Assembly (NCBI GenBank): GCA_945863035.1
Contig: CAMAZH010000002.1
Location: forward strand, 8,140 to 72,139
Direction of reading: 5' to 3'
Source of the DNA: Chitinophaga pinensis
GTDB taxonomy: Bacteria; Bacteroidota; Bacteroidia; Bacteroidales; GCA-2748055
DNA length: 64,000 bases
In this document: positions 1 to 10,040 of the stretch, piece by piece
How positions within the stretch are numbered: position 1 is the first letter of the stretch
How the letters are laid out: every line of letters starts with the position of its first letter
Position numbers and translations under genes: made by a program
Notes under the pieces: model-generated
Seen by the model: the letters and a program-made list of their open reading frames with translations, nothing else
What the model was told of the DNA's origin: nothing
Databases searched by the model: none

Positions 1-13
1 GAGAAAATATTCC

Positions 14-21
14 TACTTTTG
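14..21 (+). promoter_or_regulatory. Bacteroidota-type -7 promoter element (TAnnTTTG) upstream of rpsF
   Basis: TACTTTTG at 14-21, 34 nt upstream of the rpsF ATG. It matches the TAnnTTTG -7 consensus known for Bacteroides primary-sigma promoters. The -33 region lies outside the window. Confidence 0.5.
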
Positions 22-55
22 CGGACATTTTTTTATTAACCATAAACAACAGATC

Positions 56-409
56 ATGTTAAACCAGTATGAAACCGTTTTCATTTCAACTCCCGTTTTG
101 TCTGAAGTTCAGATGAAGGAAGCGGTAGAAAAGTTCAAGACTGTGATCACCGACAATGGAGGTGAGATAGTGCAGGAAGAGAACTGGGGGCTAAAAAAAC
201 TGGCATACCCCATCCAGAAGAAATCCACAGGATTTTATTACATGTTTGAGTACCGTGCGCCGGGCGAACTTGTTGAAAAACTTGAGCTCCAGTTCAGAAG
301 GGACGAGCGGATTATCCGTTTCCTGACAATGAAAATGGACAAGTATGCTGTTGAATACAGCGAAAAGAAAAAAGCAAGAAGAGAAACTAAAAAAGAAACG
401 GAGAACTAA
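56..409 (+). CDS. rpsF: 30S ribosomal protein S6
   Basis: 117-aa ORF beginning [13 protein letters not shown]...GFYYMFEY, typical of S6. It sits in the conserved rpsF-rpsR-rplI order. Confidence 0.95.
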   Translation: MLNQYETVFISTPVLSEVQMKEAVEKFKTVITDNGGEIVQEENWGLKKLAYPIQKKSTGFYYMFEYRAPGELVEKLELQFRRDERIIRFLTMKMDKYAVEYSEKKKARRETKKETEN

Positions 410-412
410 GCC

Positions 413-682
413 ATGGCACAAAACGCATCAGAAATCAGATATCTAACCCCACCGACGGTTGAGATTAAAAAGAAAAAGTATTGCCGGTTCAAAAAAAACA
501 AGCTCAAATATGTTGATTATAAGGATCCTGAGTTCTTGAAAAAATTTCTTAACGAGCAAGGAAAGATACTCCCCCGCAGACTAACCGGGACTTCCCTGAA
601 ATTTCAGAGGAAAGTTTCAACAGCGATTAAAAGGGCACGTCACATAGCTCTTTTACCCTATGTAACCGATTTGTTAAAATAA
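413..682 (+). CDS. rpsR: 30S ribosomal protein S18
   Basis: 89-aa ORF containing [27 protein letters not shown]...[11 protein letters not shown], typical of S18. It starts 3 nt after rpsF. Confidence 0.95.
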   Translation: MAQNASEIRYLTPPTVEIKKKKYCRFKKNKLKYVDYKDPEFLKKFLNEQGKILPRRLTGTSLKFQRKVSTAIKRARHIALLPYVTDLLK

Positions 683-699
683 ACTACGGAGGAAAAGAA

Positions 700-1146
700 A
701 TGGAAATTATTCTAAAACAGGACGTCACCAATATTGGTCACAAAGACGACATCATAAACGTTAAGGACGGTTATGCCAGAAATTACCTGATTCCTCAGGG
801 AATGGCCATTACGGCTACTCCTTCAGCAAAGAAAATGCATGCTGAAACCATGCGTCAGAGGGCTCATAAGGAAGAGAAATTGCGCGAAGAAGCCCAGCTT
901 TTTGCGAAGCAACTTGAGGGAATCAGCCTCGAAATCGGTGCTAAAACCAGTACAAAAGGTAAAATCTTCGGATCGGTTAATACCATTCAGATCGCTGAGG
1001 CTCTTACTGAAAAAGGGTTTAACATCGACCGTAAGAATATCAACATAAAAGAAGACCTTATTAAAGAGGTTGGCAAATACACAGCTACTGTGAGACTTCA
1101 CAGGGATGTTAAAGTTGAGATTCCATTCGAAATCAAAGCTGAATAA
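700..1146 (+). CDS. rplI: 50S ribosomal protein L9
   Basis: 148-aa ORF beginning MEIILKQDV...VKDGYARNYLIPQG, the L9 N-terminal signature. Synteny with rpsF/rpsR supports the call. Confidence 0.95.
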   Translation: MEIILKQDVTNIGHKDDIINVKDGYARNYLIPQGMAITATPSAKKMHAETMRQRAHKEEKLREEAQLFAKQLEGISLEIGAKTSTKGKIFGSVNTIQIAEALTEKGFNIDRKNINIKEDLIKEVGKYTATVRLHRDVKVEIPFEIKAE

Positions 1147-1151
1147 ATTAC

Positions 1152-1186
1152 AATTTGAAAATTGATTAATTTGAAAATTTGAAAAT
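1152..1186 (+). repeat. Tandem AATTTGAAAATT motif array, forward orientation
   Basis: Exact 12-mers at 1152-1163 and 1168-1179 (16-nt period), plus a partial copy TTTGAAAAT at 1178-1186. Confidence 0.8.
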
Positions 1187-1223
1187 GGACAATTTTCCTG
1201 ATATGGAAATTGTCCATTTTTTG
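1182..1223. terminator. Bidirectional intrinsic terminator between convergent rplI and ridA
   Basis: Perfect 11-bp stem ATGGACAATTT (1185-1195) / AAATTGTCCAT (1207-1217) with an 11-nt loop. A T-run follows on the + strand and an A-run precedes it, which is a T-run for the - strand. Confidence 0.65.
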
Positions 1224-1231
1224 TTTTACCC

Positions 1232-1275
1232 GATTTTCAAATTATCTAATTTTCAAATTGACTGATTTTCAAATT
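1232..1275 (-). repeat. Tandem AATTTGAAAATT motif array, reverse orientation
   Basis: AATTTTCAAATT at 1248-1259 is an exact reverse complement of the motif. GATTTTCAAATT at 1232-1243 and 1264-1275 matches 11/12. The period is exactly 16 nt, and the last copy overlaps the ridA stop codon. Confidence 0.8.
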
Positions 1276-1657
1276 AACTCCCCTTTACAGCAATAGTCTC
1301 AATCTCAATAGAAGCCCCCATCGGCAAATCCTTTACCGCATAGGCTGCTCTGGCAGGCTGATTCTCAACATAAAACCGGCCATAGACCTCATTCATCGCC
1401 TGAAAATCGGTTATTTCCTCCAAAAGAACTGTTGATTTCACAACGTCAGCGAAACTATATCCTGCTTCGGCGAGAATCGCTCCAATATTTTTAAAAACCT
1501 GCTCCGTTTGTTCCTTTATGCCACCCGCAACCAACTTTCCCGTTGCCGGATCCAATGGTATTTGCCCGGAAATAAAAAGCATCCCGTTAACTTCAACTGC
1601 CTGTGAATAGGGCCCGATAGCTTTTGGGGCATTGTCTGTTTTTATTACTCTTTTCAT
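1274..1657 (-). CDS. ridA: RidA/YjgF/L-PSP family enamine/imine deaminase
   Basis: 127-aa ORF with KAIGPYSQAV...GQIPLDP...PARAAYAVKDLPMGASIEIE, the typical RidA family pattern. Confidence 0.9.
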   Translation of the reverse strand: MKRVIKTDNAPKAIGPYSQAVEVNGMLFISGQIPLDPATGKLVAGGIKEQTEQVFKNIGAILAEAGYSFADVVKSTVLLEEITDFQAMNEVYGRFYVENQPARAAYAVKDLPMGASIEIETIAVKGS

Positions 1658-1665
1658 CGTTATAT

Positions 1666-1693
1666 AATTTGAAAATTAGTTAATTTGAAAATT
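1666..1693 (+). repeat. Tandem AATTTGAAAATT motif array, forward orientation
   Basis: Exact 12-mers at 1666-1677 and 1682-1693 (16-nt period). They fill most of the 41-nt gap between the ridA start and the stop of the upstream LptD-like gene. Confidence 0.8.
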
Positions 1694-1698
1694 AATTT

Positions 1699-4389
1699 TT
1701 ATCTGAAATTATCCTGCCACGGAATCCTCTTGTTATATTTCAAATCCTGCAATACAGCCGATTTCACGTTAATCTGGAAGTTGAAACTCTTATAAATACC
1801 AAACGGAACAGCTGTAAGCCGCATTTCCCAACAATGTAAATCCCTATATATACTTACATTTGAAGTAGTTACCTTCTTCATTTTCAAGTCGTAACCGGTG
1901 TTGTAACCGATTTTCCATTTGGGTGTGAGGCTGAAATCCCCTGAAAGACGGAGAGTTTGTATAATAGTGACATCGTTTGCAGGTTTACTGTAACTTAAAC
2001 TATAATCGGCCCGCAAACTCCAGGGGACATTAAAGTCAACATATTCGCCATAATAATAATCCTCTTCATATGTGTCGTAACTATCATCCGGGGTACGACC
2101 CGACTTTACGCCACCGGCTTCAAAATCGCTGCTTACCGACTCCTCATCCTCACCGTCAGTTTTCTTACCCGATTTGGAGGCGAAATTGGTACCGAGGGAA
2201 ACGGAAGCGTTGGTCATCCTTGCCAATTTACCATTTACTTTGTAATTGGACATGTTTATCCTTCGCTTGTTCGCATCGATGGCGTAAGGGTCAAAATTTC
2301 CCCTGAAACTGACATTAACCTTATTATTCAGGAACTTGGTGCTTCCACTCATTGATATCGGCTGGAATTTTATCGAGTCGTCGAAATTCATGTTGGTTGA
2401 GAAGTTAAGGTTTTCAAGCAGCTTAACTTTTTTGAGTGTCTCTGAAGTATCTGTAACTTCCTTCACTTTCATTTCGACGGTGTTGTTCAGTTTAAACGAC
2501 ATGGTCCGGGTTCGACCGTTGGCAGAAGGAGGACCATATATCCCGTTTTTAAATCTTGAGTAGGTTTCAATAACATTTCCTTCCTCGTCAAGAACATCCT
2601 CATAATAATTCGGGATTTTACCTCTCATGTCGGGGACCAGCGACATTCCAATACCGGGCGACATTACATGGCGGATGGAATTGATTCTGCTACCCGGTTT
2701 GAACTGATACATTCCATAGACCTTGGGTGCGAGCTGCATATTTAACGAGGGATAATAAGCATGGGCGTAACTCAGTTTGTTTATTGTATCGGTGGCGGTT
2801 TGGTAATAAGATGTATCCGGAGTAACAATTTGTTCGCGATATTTCTTTATATAGCTGGTATAACCCACCCCGGTATATCTAAGGTTTGGAGTGATTGTAA
2901 GTATTTTGAATTTCTTAAGCTTAATATTGTAGGCTGGATTAATATCATGCTTAAAGCCCGTCCTCATTTCATCCCACACATGGCTTGTGAACATCATCGT
3001 GTCGACGGTCCTGATCTGATTGTCGAAACTGCTGGAATAGCTTAATTGGATTGACTCGTACCACTTTTTCGTAACGCTGGTTTTGGATTTAAAGGGATAT
3101 ATGGTTGCCATATTCAGAGCCATTTTCGGCAAATTCAAGTCAACATTACCTGTGTTGCTGTTTTGCGAATGGTTGGCACTTGCTGTGAAGTTGAAAGGAG
3201 TCCCCTGAAATTTTTTCTGATATGAAATGCTCGACTGCTTTGTGTTTGTGAGCGCATTGGTAAGAATCTGGCTGTGACTCCGGTCGAAGCCACGGGTTGA
3301 GAGGTTCACGCTGGCACGGAACTGCTGGCTGGGATTTGACTTGGGATCCTGGTTATGCGACCACATAATGGAATAGTCATAACCCTTGGAGTAATTTTCC
3401 AATCCCTTCTCCCCCGAAATGTTTTTAAAATAGCGTCCGTTAAAGCCCCCGTTAAACTTATATCTCACCTTATATTGGGTCCCGGCTCTGACACCCCAGG
3501 TACCATTAGTGTAAATATCGCCGGTTACACGAAGATCCATGAAATCGTTAATTGCCCAATAATAACCGCCGTTGCTGAGATAAAACCCTCTGATGCTTTC
3601 CTCTCCGTAGGTTGGAATCAATATTCCGGAGGTATTGGTTTTCGAATTGGGGAAAAATCCAAATGGAAGCCCTATAGGTATTGGTATATCCTCAATAACC
3701 AAATAAGCCGGGCCAGAGATAATTTTGTCTCCGGGGATCGACTTCGCTTTTGTAAGAGCCACATAAAAATGAGGGTGATCCAAATCGCAGGTAGTATATT
3801 TCCCGTCTTTCATATGAATATGCCCGAATTCATCCTTTTTTGTTTGTGAGGAATGAAGAAATCCTCCCTCCTGCTCTGTCTTCACAGCTTCGATATAGCC
3901 TTTTTTTGTTTTGAAATTATACTTAATCGATTGAGCATTAAACACTTGACCGCCATCTTTAAATAGAGGCAATCCTTCAAGCTTTTTTGTGGTATCGTTA
4001 ACTGTACCCCTTGCAAAAACCTGGCTCTCAGCCATATCAAACTCGATATAATTCGCAGTGAGTTCAATGGACTCAAATTTTACGCTTCCCTCACCATACA
4101 GATATACTTTTCGGTTATCCATACCAATAATCATACTGTCTTTTGCGCTGTAAACGACCTCAGCCGTGATATCACTTGATTTGGTTTTACCAGGGGTGCT
4201 TAGTGTATCCTCAGGATTTACCTGCCCTGCAGAAACGAATTCAGCTGAATCAATACTAGTTAACGGCTTATTTTTCAGGGAGTCCGATCTCTCATAATAT
4301 AATGAATCATCCACCTGGGAGAAAAGCGTAGTACAGATGCCCGTTAAAATTATTGAAAGAATAAGAACTATATGAAGTTTATTTTGCAA
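1699..4389 (-). CDS. LptD/OstA-like outer-membrane protein (putative LPS assembly protein)
   Basis: 896-aa ORF with an apparent TTG start and an N-terminal hydrophobic signal segment. It has an OstA/LptA-like segment (VVYSAKDSMIIGMDNRKVYLYGEGSVKFESIELTANYIEFD) followed by a long Tyr/Asn/Ser/Gly-rich beta-barrel-like region. The size and layout are typical of Bacteroidota LptD-like proteins. Confidence 0.55.
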   Translation of the reverse strand: MQNKLHIVLILSIILTGICTTLFSQVDDSLYYERSDSLKNKPLTSIDSAEFVSAGQVNPEDTLSTPGKTKSSDITAEVVYSAKDSMIIGMDNRKVYLYGEGSVKFESIELTANYIEFDMAESQVFARGTVNDTTKKLEGLPLFKDGGQVFNAQSIKYNFKTKKGYIEAVKTEQEGGFLHSSQTKKDEFGHIHMKDGKYTTCDLDHPHFYVALTKAKSIPGDKIISGPAYLVIEDIPIPIGLPFGFFPNSKTNTSGILIPTYGEESIRGFYLSNGGYYWAINDFMDLRVTGDIYTNGTWGVRAGTQYKVRYKFNGGFNGRYFKNISGEKGLENYSKGYDYSIMWSHNQDPKSNPSQQFRASVNLSTRGFDRSHSQILTNALTNTKQSSISYQKKFQGTPFNFTASANHSQNSNTGNVDLNLPKMALNMATIYPFKSKTSVTKKWYESIQLSYSSSFDNQIRTVDTMMFTSHVWDEMRTGFKHDINPAYNIKLKKFKILTITPNLRYTGVGYTSYIKKYREQIVTPDTSYYQTATDTINKLSYAHAYYPSLNMQLAPKVYGMYQFKPGSRINSIRHVMSPGIGMSLVPDMRGKIPNYYEDVLDEEGNVIETYSRFKNGIYGPPSANGRTRTMSFKLNNTVEMKVKEVTDTSETLKKVKLLENLNFSTNMNFDDSIKFQPISMSGSTKFLNNKVNVSFRGNFDPYAIDANKRRINMSNYKVNGKLARMTNASVSLGTNFASKSGKKTDGEDEESVSSDFEAGGVKSGRTPDDSYDTYEEDYYYGEYVDFNVPWSLRADYSLSYSKPANDVTIIQTLRLSGDFSLTPKWKIGYNTGYDLKMKKVTTSNVSIYRDLHCWEMRLTAVPFGIYKSFNFQINVKSAVLQDLKYNKRIPWQDNFR

Positions 4390-4462
4390 GTTTATTATAC
4401 TATTTTTGTAACCGGAATGTTTATAATAAATGAAAGACCAAAACTAATTAAAATCGACAAGA

Positions 4463-5620
4463 ATGAATCATAGTAAATGTCGGTTTTGTAAACAATTTAA
4501 ACGCATCTATCCCTACATTCTTATGTTGATGGTGGGAATAATTGTTCTGCCTTCACATATTCGTGCCACAGGTGACCCTGATTTAAAAAACAAAGTCCAT
4601 ATTGTTGTCATTGATGCCGGACATGGGGGCAAGGATCCCGGAGCTTGTGGTTCCTTTGCCAAAGAAAAGGATATTGCTTTAGGGGTTGCACTGAAACTCG
4701 GCAAGTATATTGAAGACAATTTCAGAGATGTTACTGTAATTTACACCCGCGACTCGGATGTATTTATACCTTTGTTCGACAGAGCTGACATTGCAAACAA
4801 GGCAAATGCCGATTTGTTTATCAGCATTCATGCCAACTCAAGTGAAAAGAAATATGTTTATGGATCGGAAACCTTTGTAATGGGAGAACACAAAAACGAG
4901 AGCAATTTTGAAGTAGCGAAAACCGAAAACAACGTTATCACTCTCGAAGAGGATTATTCGACCAAATACGAGGGCTTCGACCCGAACTCGATTGAATCGT
5001 ATATTATTTTCAGTCTGATGCAACGCACCTACCTCAATCAGAGTCTCAGATTTGCAAGCATGGTTCAGGATGAGTTCAGGGAAAAAGCCAGAAGGGTTGA
5101 CCGTGGGGTTTTCCAGGCCGGGTTTTTGGTACTATGGCGAACCACTATGCCCAGCGTTTTAATTGAAACAGGTTTTATTTCACATCCCGACGAGGAAAAG
5201 TATTTGTCCTCACAAGCAGGGCAGGATTATCTGGCTTCTGCTATTTTCAGAGCTTTCAGAGACTACAAGGCAGGTATTGAGAACAGCAGTAATTTTGAAA
5301 AAAAGCCGGAACCGACTGCCTCGAAAGGAATACCCGAACCTATTATCGATCCCAATCAACCCGTACTATATTATAAGGTACAGGTTTTCTCATCCAAGAA
5401 TCTTATAGATTTTAATGACCCGTCGCTTAAGGATTACACAAATATTGAGTCGTTTGAGTCAGGAAGTTGGTATAAATATGCCGTTGGCCAATATTTAACT
5501 TACGCGGAGGCGGATCAGAATCTCAAAACTGTCAGGGAGAAATATCCCGACGCATTTATAATTGCTGCAAAAAACGGAATAATTATTCCCGTTTCTGAAG
5601 CGAAACAAATTCTAAAATAA
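4463..5620 (+). CDS. N-acetylmuramoyl-L-alanine amidase (Amidase_3) with C-terminal SPOR-like domain
   Basis: Motifs VVIDAGHGGKDPGA, FISIHAN and ETGFISH match Amidase_3. The C-terminal ~75 aa (YKVQVFSS...YKYAVGQY...AAKNG) resemble a SPOR domain. Confidence 0.88.
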   Translation: MNHSKCRFCKQFKRIYPYILMLMVGIIVLPSHIRATGDPDLKNKVHIVVIDAGHGGKDPGACGSFAKEKDIALGVALKLGKYIEDNFRDVTVIYTRDSDVFIPLFDRADIANKANADLFISIHANSSEKKYVYGSETFVMGEHKNESNFEVAKTENNVITLEEDYSTKYEGFDPNSIESYIIFSLMQRTYLNQSLRFASMVQDEFREKARRVDRGVFQAGFLVLWRTTMPSVLIETGFISHPDEEKYLSSQAGQDYLASAIFRAFRDYKAGIENSSNFEKKPEPTASKGIPEPIIDPNQPVLYYKVQVFSSKNLIDFNDPSLKDYTNIESFESGSWYKYAVGQYLTYAEADQNLKTVREKYPDAFIIAAKNGIIIPVSEAKQILK

Positions 5621-5627
5621 GAAAAAC

Positions 5628-6566
5628 ATGAAGTTAAAGACTGAAGCGAAGATTGGAATAATTGTGTTGTCAACAATTGCACTGGTTATATGGGGAATAA
5701 ATTTCCTGAAAGGAAAGAACGTTTTAAAGAGAACCGATGTTTATTATGCCATATATGACGATGTTGCCGGATTAAAAATGTCGGGATCGGTTATTCTCAG
5801 CGGTTTTAAGGTTGGGATGATCAACAATATAGAATTCGTGGAAGGCCGGTACGATAAGGTTATCGTTGCATTTATTGTTAACAGCACTTTTGACATTCCA
5901 AAAAACTCAATCGCCCAAATATACAGCAACGATATTATGGGAAACAAAGTAATACGAATCATCCCCTCAAATGAGGCGGAGTTCTATCAATACGGCGATA
6001 CGCTCAAAAGCAGTATCGATCCCGATATGATTGCCAAAATTCAGGATCAGATAAGCCCATTGGTCGAGACAACCAAAAATACCATTTTGGGAATCGACAC
6101 ACTTGTGACTTCAATTAATCGGGTGCTAGACCCCGGGACTCAGGAAAAATTACAGTCGACCCTCGCAAATCTCGAATCCACAACGGCTTCTATCTCAAAA
6201 CAGCTTTCGCCCGGGGGAAAACTCGATAAGACATTTACAAGTCTGCAGGCTTTCGCCCTTATGCTCGACAACAACAAGGAAAAGCTGAGTTCCGCATTTG
6301 CGAACCTTGAGAGCATAACCGATTCTGTGGCAAACTCGAATCTTACACAAACCATTGCAAACATAAACTCAACCTTTGCGCAAAGTCAGCTTCTTCTCGA
6401 GAAAATCAACAATGGCGAAGGAAGTCTTGGATTAATGGCTACAAATGATTCGCTCTATAACAACCTCGTTACTGCAAGTGCAAATCTTTCCTCGCTTTTA
6501 GGCGACATGAATCAGCACCCCAAACGGTACGTTCATTTCTCGGTTTTTGGAAAAAAAGACAAATAA
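5628..6566 (+). CDS. MlaD/MCE family protein
   Basis: A single N-terminal TM helix is followed by an MCE domain (GLKMSGSVILSGFKVGMINNIEF) and a helical C-terminal region. Confidence 0.8.
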   Translation: MKLKTEAKIGIIVLSTIALVIWGINFLKGKNVLKRTDVYYAIYDDVAGLKMSGSVILSGFKVGMINNIEFVEGRYDKVIVAFIVNSTFDIPKNSIAQIYSNDIMGNKVIRIIPSNEAEFYQYGDTLKSSIDPDMIAKIQDQISPLVETTKNTILGIDTLVTSINRVLDPGTQEKLQSTLANLESTTASISKQLSPGGKLDKTFTSLQAFALMLDNNKEKLSSAFANLESITDSVANSNLTQTIANINSTFAQSQLLLEKINNGEGSLGLMATNDSLYNNLVTASANLSSLLGDMNQHPKRYVHFSVFGKKDK

Positions 6567-6948
6567 GCTGAAGCGATTTTTCGTTTATCTGTGTTTTTCA
6601 ACCCGCTTTTATCGTCTTTAAGGGCCTGAAATTTGATAAAAGTTCGTTTTTATTTGATTAATTTTTCAGACGAATTGGATTTGAACTAAAGTATTACTTG
6701 CTTAAAAATTACTAAATGTTTAATAAACAATTTTTTAAGGTATGAAATAACTACAGTCTTAATTATCAGTCGTTTAAATATTTATCATTTTTTATCAGTT
6801 CTTAAGCGACTGAGAATAAAACCAATAAGATTTTAATTAAAAATCAAGCGAATTTGAATTTTTTTTTTAGAATCTTTTTCACAATCTTAGCTTAGGAAAT
6901 CGCGATAGCTTTCATATAGTCCAAATCAAAAAAATAAACCCAAAAAGA

Positions 6949-8370
6949 ATGCACCAACGAGTTTGGAACAATTGTCTAAAAGTAATCAAAGACAATGTGC
7001 CCTCTATCAGTTATCGAACATGGTTTGAGCCCATCGTTCCGCTTAAGCTGGACAGCAGCGTACTTACAATTCAGGTTCCGAGTCCGTTCTTTTATGAATA
7101 TCTTGAAGAGCAATATATAGATATTCTCAAAAAAGTATTACGCAAGGAATTAGGCGCTGATGCTAAATTGGAGTACAGTGTTGTCATGCAGAACAACAAT
7201 TTCAATGAGAATAAACCCTATACGGTTAAATTCCCTGCGAGAAACTCAAAAGAGATCAAAAACAAACCCGTACCGGTTCCAATTGATCCCGAAGAAGCTA
7301 CTATTAAGAATCCCTTTGTCATTCCGGGTATCAAAAAGCTAAACATTGATCCCCGATTGAACACCTCCTACTCTTTCACCAATTTTGTTGAGGGGGAATG
7401 TAACCGCCTTGCCCGCTCTGCTGGCTTTGCTGTTGCAAATAATCCGGGGGGAACCGCATTTAATCCCCTTTTGATCTATGGCGATTCGGGTCTGGGCAAA
7501 ACCCATCTTGCCCAGGCAATTGGAATTGAGGTAAAGGAGAAATTCCCAGAAAAGACTGTTCTTTATGTTAACGCCAATAAATTCCAGACCCAGTTTGTCG
7601 ATTCCGTCAGAAACAACAACAAAAACGATTTCCTGCATTTTTACCAGATGATCGATGTGTTGATTATTGATGACGTTCATGAATTTGCCGGAAAAGAAAA
7701 AACTCAGGACACATTCTTTCATATATTCAACCACCTTCATCAGTCAGGCAAACAGTTGGTGCTTACCTCCGATAAGCCGCCGGTTGAACTTCAGGGTCTT
7801 GAACAGCGACTGCTGTCCCGCTTTAAATGGGGATTGTCGGCCGACCTTCAGCCGCCGGATTTTGAAACCAGGATTGCCATTCTGCAAAAGAAAATCTATA
7901 ACGATGGAATAGAAATGCCGGAGGATGTAATAGAATATATTGCAACCCACATTTCCGACAATATCCGTGAACTCGAAGGAGCTTTAATCTCCCTTCTGGC
8001 ACAGTCTACCCTGAACAAAAAAGAAATTACATTGGGGCTTGCTCACGAAATGATTGACAAGCTTATCAAGAACACAAAGAGGGAAATCTCTATCGACTAT
8101 ATTCAAAAGGTGGTATGCAATTACTTTAATATTGCAGTGGACCAACTTCAGTCAAAAACCAGAAAACGCGAAATCGTTCAGGCCCGTCAGGTTGCAATGT
8201 ATTTTTCCAAAACCCTCACCAAGGCTTCGCTTGCAAATATTGGCTCCCAGATCGGAGGCAAAGACCATGCAACCGTTCTGCATGCCTGTAAAACCGTTAA
8301 CAACCTTTTGGAAACCGATAAGCGCTTTCGTTTGCAGGTTGATGAAATCGAGAAAAAACTTAAAATATAA
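6949..8370 (+). CDS. dnaA: Chromosomal replication initiator protein DnaA
   Basis: Walker A GDSGLGKTHL, Walker B IIDDVHEF, sensor/box VII region, and the C-terminal DnaA-box-binding domain (RQVAMYFSK...GGKDHATVLHA). Confidence 0.97.
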   Translation: MHQRVWNNCLKVIKDNVPSISYRTWFEPIVPLKLDSSVLTIQVPSPFFYEYLEEQYIDILKKVLRKELGADAKLEYSVVMQNNNFNENKPYTVKFPARNSKEIKNKPVPVPIDPEEATIKNPFVIPGIKKLNIDPRLNTSYSFTNFVEGECNRLARSAGFAVANNPGGTAFNPLLIYGDSGLGKTHLAQAIGIEVKEKFPEKTVLYVNANKFQTQFVDSVRNNNKNDFLHFYQMIDVLIIDDVHEFAGKEKTQDTFFHIFNHLHQSGKQLVLTSDKPPVELQGLEQRLLSRFKWGLSADLQPPDFETRIAILQKKIYNDGIEMPEDVIEYIATHISDNIRELEGALISLLAQSTLNKKEITLGLAHEMIDKLIKNTKREISIDYIQKVVCNYFNIAVDQLQSKTRKREIVQARQVAMYFSKTLTKASLANIGSQIGGKDHATVLHACKTVNNLLETDKRFRLQVDEIEKKLKI

Positions 8371-8380
8371 TTTTTATCCT

Positions 8381-8410
8381 AAACAGGTTCTGCGGAACCT
8401 GTTTTTTTTT
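8381..8410 (+). terminator. Intrinsic terminator after dnaA
   Basis: AAACAGGTTC (8381-8390), loop TGCG, GAACCTGTTT (8395-8404), followed by a T-run. Confidence 0.75.
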
Positions 8411-8429
8411 GTCATGTAGTGCCTGAATT

Positions 8430-9032
8430 ATGGAAACAGATAATTTTTTAACCATAGAAAGCCCGTCTGAAGGTCTGTTTAAGGAGAAAGGCTCCCGATT
8501 TCTTGCTTTTGCCTATCCGGTTCAGGACGAAGAGGAAATCCAACTTATTATCGAGAACACCCGGAAAAAATACCACGATGCCCGCCACCATTGCTATGCA
8601 TGGAGACTTGGTGCCGACCTTACCCATTTCAGGGCCAACGACGATGGAGAGCCTACCCATTCGGCCGGCAAGCCAATCCTCGGTCAGATTCAGTCTTTTC
8701 AACTTACCAACGTTCTTGTAATAGTGGTGCGCTATTTTGGCGGCACACTCCTTGGGGTTGGGGGTCTTATTCAGGCTTACAAATCAGCCTCGATGGACGC
8801 CCTGAAAAACGCAAGGATTATTGAACAGCACTTGTTTTTGACCTGCAAAATGAGTTTCGTATATGATGATTTGGGCCATGTTATGAAAGTTCTCAAAGAT
8901 ATGGATTTACCGCAATGGGATCAACGATTCGAAATCGATTGCGAGCTCAAAATCAAAATCAGAAAATCGCAGTTTTCAAAACTTCAGCATGCTTTTCGTC
9001 CTGATTGCTCAGTGAAAATTAATGTTATATAG
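8430..9032 (+). CDS. YigZ/IMPACT family protein (UPF0029)
   Basis: KGSRFLAFAYPV...HHCYAWRLG...DDGEPTHSAGKPIL...VVRYFGGTLLGVGGL, typical of the YigZ N-terminal domain. Confidence 0.8.
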   Translation: METDNFLTIESPSEGLFKEKGSRFLAFAYPVQDEEEIQLIIENTRKKYHDARHHCYAWRLGADLTHFRANDDGEPTHSAGKPILGQIQSFQLTNVLVIVVRYFGGTLLGVGGLIQAYKSASMDALKNARIIEQHLFLTCKMSFVYDDLGHVMKVLKDMDLPQWDQRFEIDCELKIKIRKSQFSKLQHAFRPDCSVKINVI

Positions 9033-9120
9033 CTTGCTTAAAAAGTTTTAAGGAAAATATAAACATTGTATTATTATAAACCCCGGAAATGTATTTTTAC
9101 ACAAAATTAATTCTCCCTAT

Positions 9121-10029
9121 ATGAAAAACAGAAGTCTGGTATCCATTAACGATTACAGCAAAGAGGAATATCTGAAAATCCTTGATCTGGCTGAGGAATT
9201 CGAAAAAAATCCCCGCCAGGAAATCATGAATGGCCATGTTGTAGCAACCCTGTTTTTTGAACCTTCAACAAGAACCAGGTTAAGCTTTGAAAGCGCGGTT
9301 AACCGTCTGGGAGGCAGAATCCTGGGATTCGCAGACTCGAATTCATCAAGTGCAACCAAAGGCGAGACTCTCAGGGACACCATTAAAATGGTTTGCAGTT
9401 ATGCCGACCTGATTGTTATGCGGCATCCTCTCGAGGGAAGTGCCCGCTTCGCAAGTGAGGTTTCCACAGTGCCGGTTATTAATGCGGGCGATGGTGCTAA
9501 TCAGCACCCTACACAAACCCTGCTCGATCTGTATTCCATCAGGAAAACACAAGGAACCCTTGAAAACCTAAACATTTTCATGGTTGGGGACCTGAAGTAC
9601 GGAAGGACTGTGCACTCTCTGCTCATGGCCATGTCGCAGTTCAATGCGACTTTCTATTTTATCTCCCCCGACGAATTAAAAATGCCTGACGAATACAAAC
9701 GTTATCTGAAAAGCATGGGGTTGAAATTCTATGAATTCAAAGATTTCACCGATATCATCAACCAAGCAGATATAATTTACATGACCAGGGTTCAAAAAGA
9801 ACGCTTCTCGGATCCCATAGAGTACGAACGCACAAAAAACGCTTACATCCTTCGGCATCATATGCTTAAAGACTCAAGAACAAATATGAAAATCCTTCAT
9901 CCCCTCCCTCGCGTGAATGAAATTCATTTGGACGTAGACAGCAGCGAGAAGGCTTATTATTTTACCCAGGCTTTAAACGGGGTTTTTGTAAGACAGGCAA
10001 TTATTAGTTCTATACTCGGTTTGAAATAA
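9121..10029 (+). CDS. pyrB: Aspartate carbamoyltransferase catalytic subunit
   Basis: Motifs [21 protein letters not shown] and HPLPRVNEI. The regulatory subunit gene follows directly. Confidence 0.95.
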   Translation: MKNRSLVSINDYSKEEYLKILDLAEEFEKNPRQEIMNGHVVATLFFEPSTRTRLSFESAVNRLGGRILGFADSNSSSATKGETLRDTIKMVCSYADLIVMRHPLEGSARFASEVSTVPVINAGDGANQHPTQTLLDLYSIRKTQGTLENLNIFMVGDLKYGRTVHSLLMAMSQFNATFYFISPDELKMPDEYKRYLKSMGLKFYEFKDFTDIINQADIIYMTRVQKERFSDPIEYERTKNAYILRHHMLKDSRTNMKILHPLPRVNEIHLDVDSSEKAYYFTQALNGVFVRQAIISSILGLK

Positions 10030-10040
10030 AATTTACGAAT

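Noticed and set aside
8054-8419. 121-aa plus-strand ORF overlapping the 3' end of dnaA
   Set aside because: It is an alternative frame of the conserved DnaA DNA-binding domain and runs through the dnaA terminator. It is not credible as a gene.
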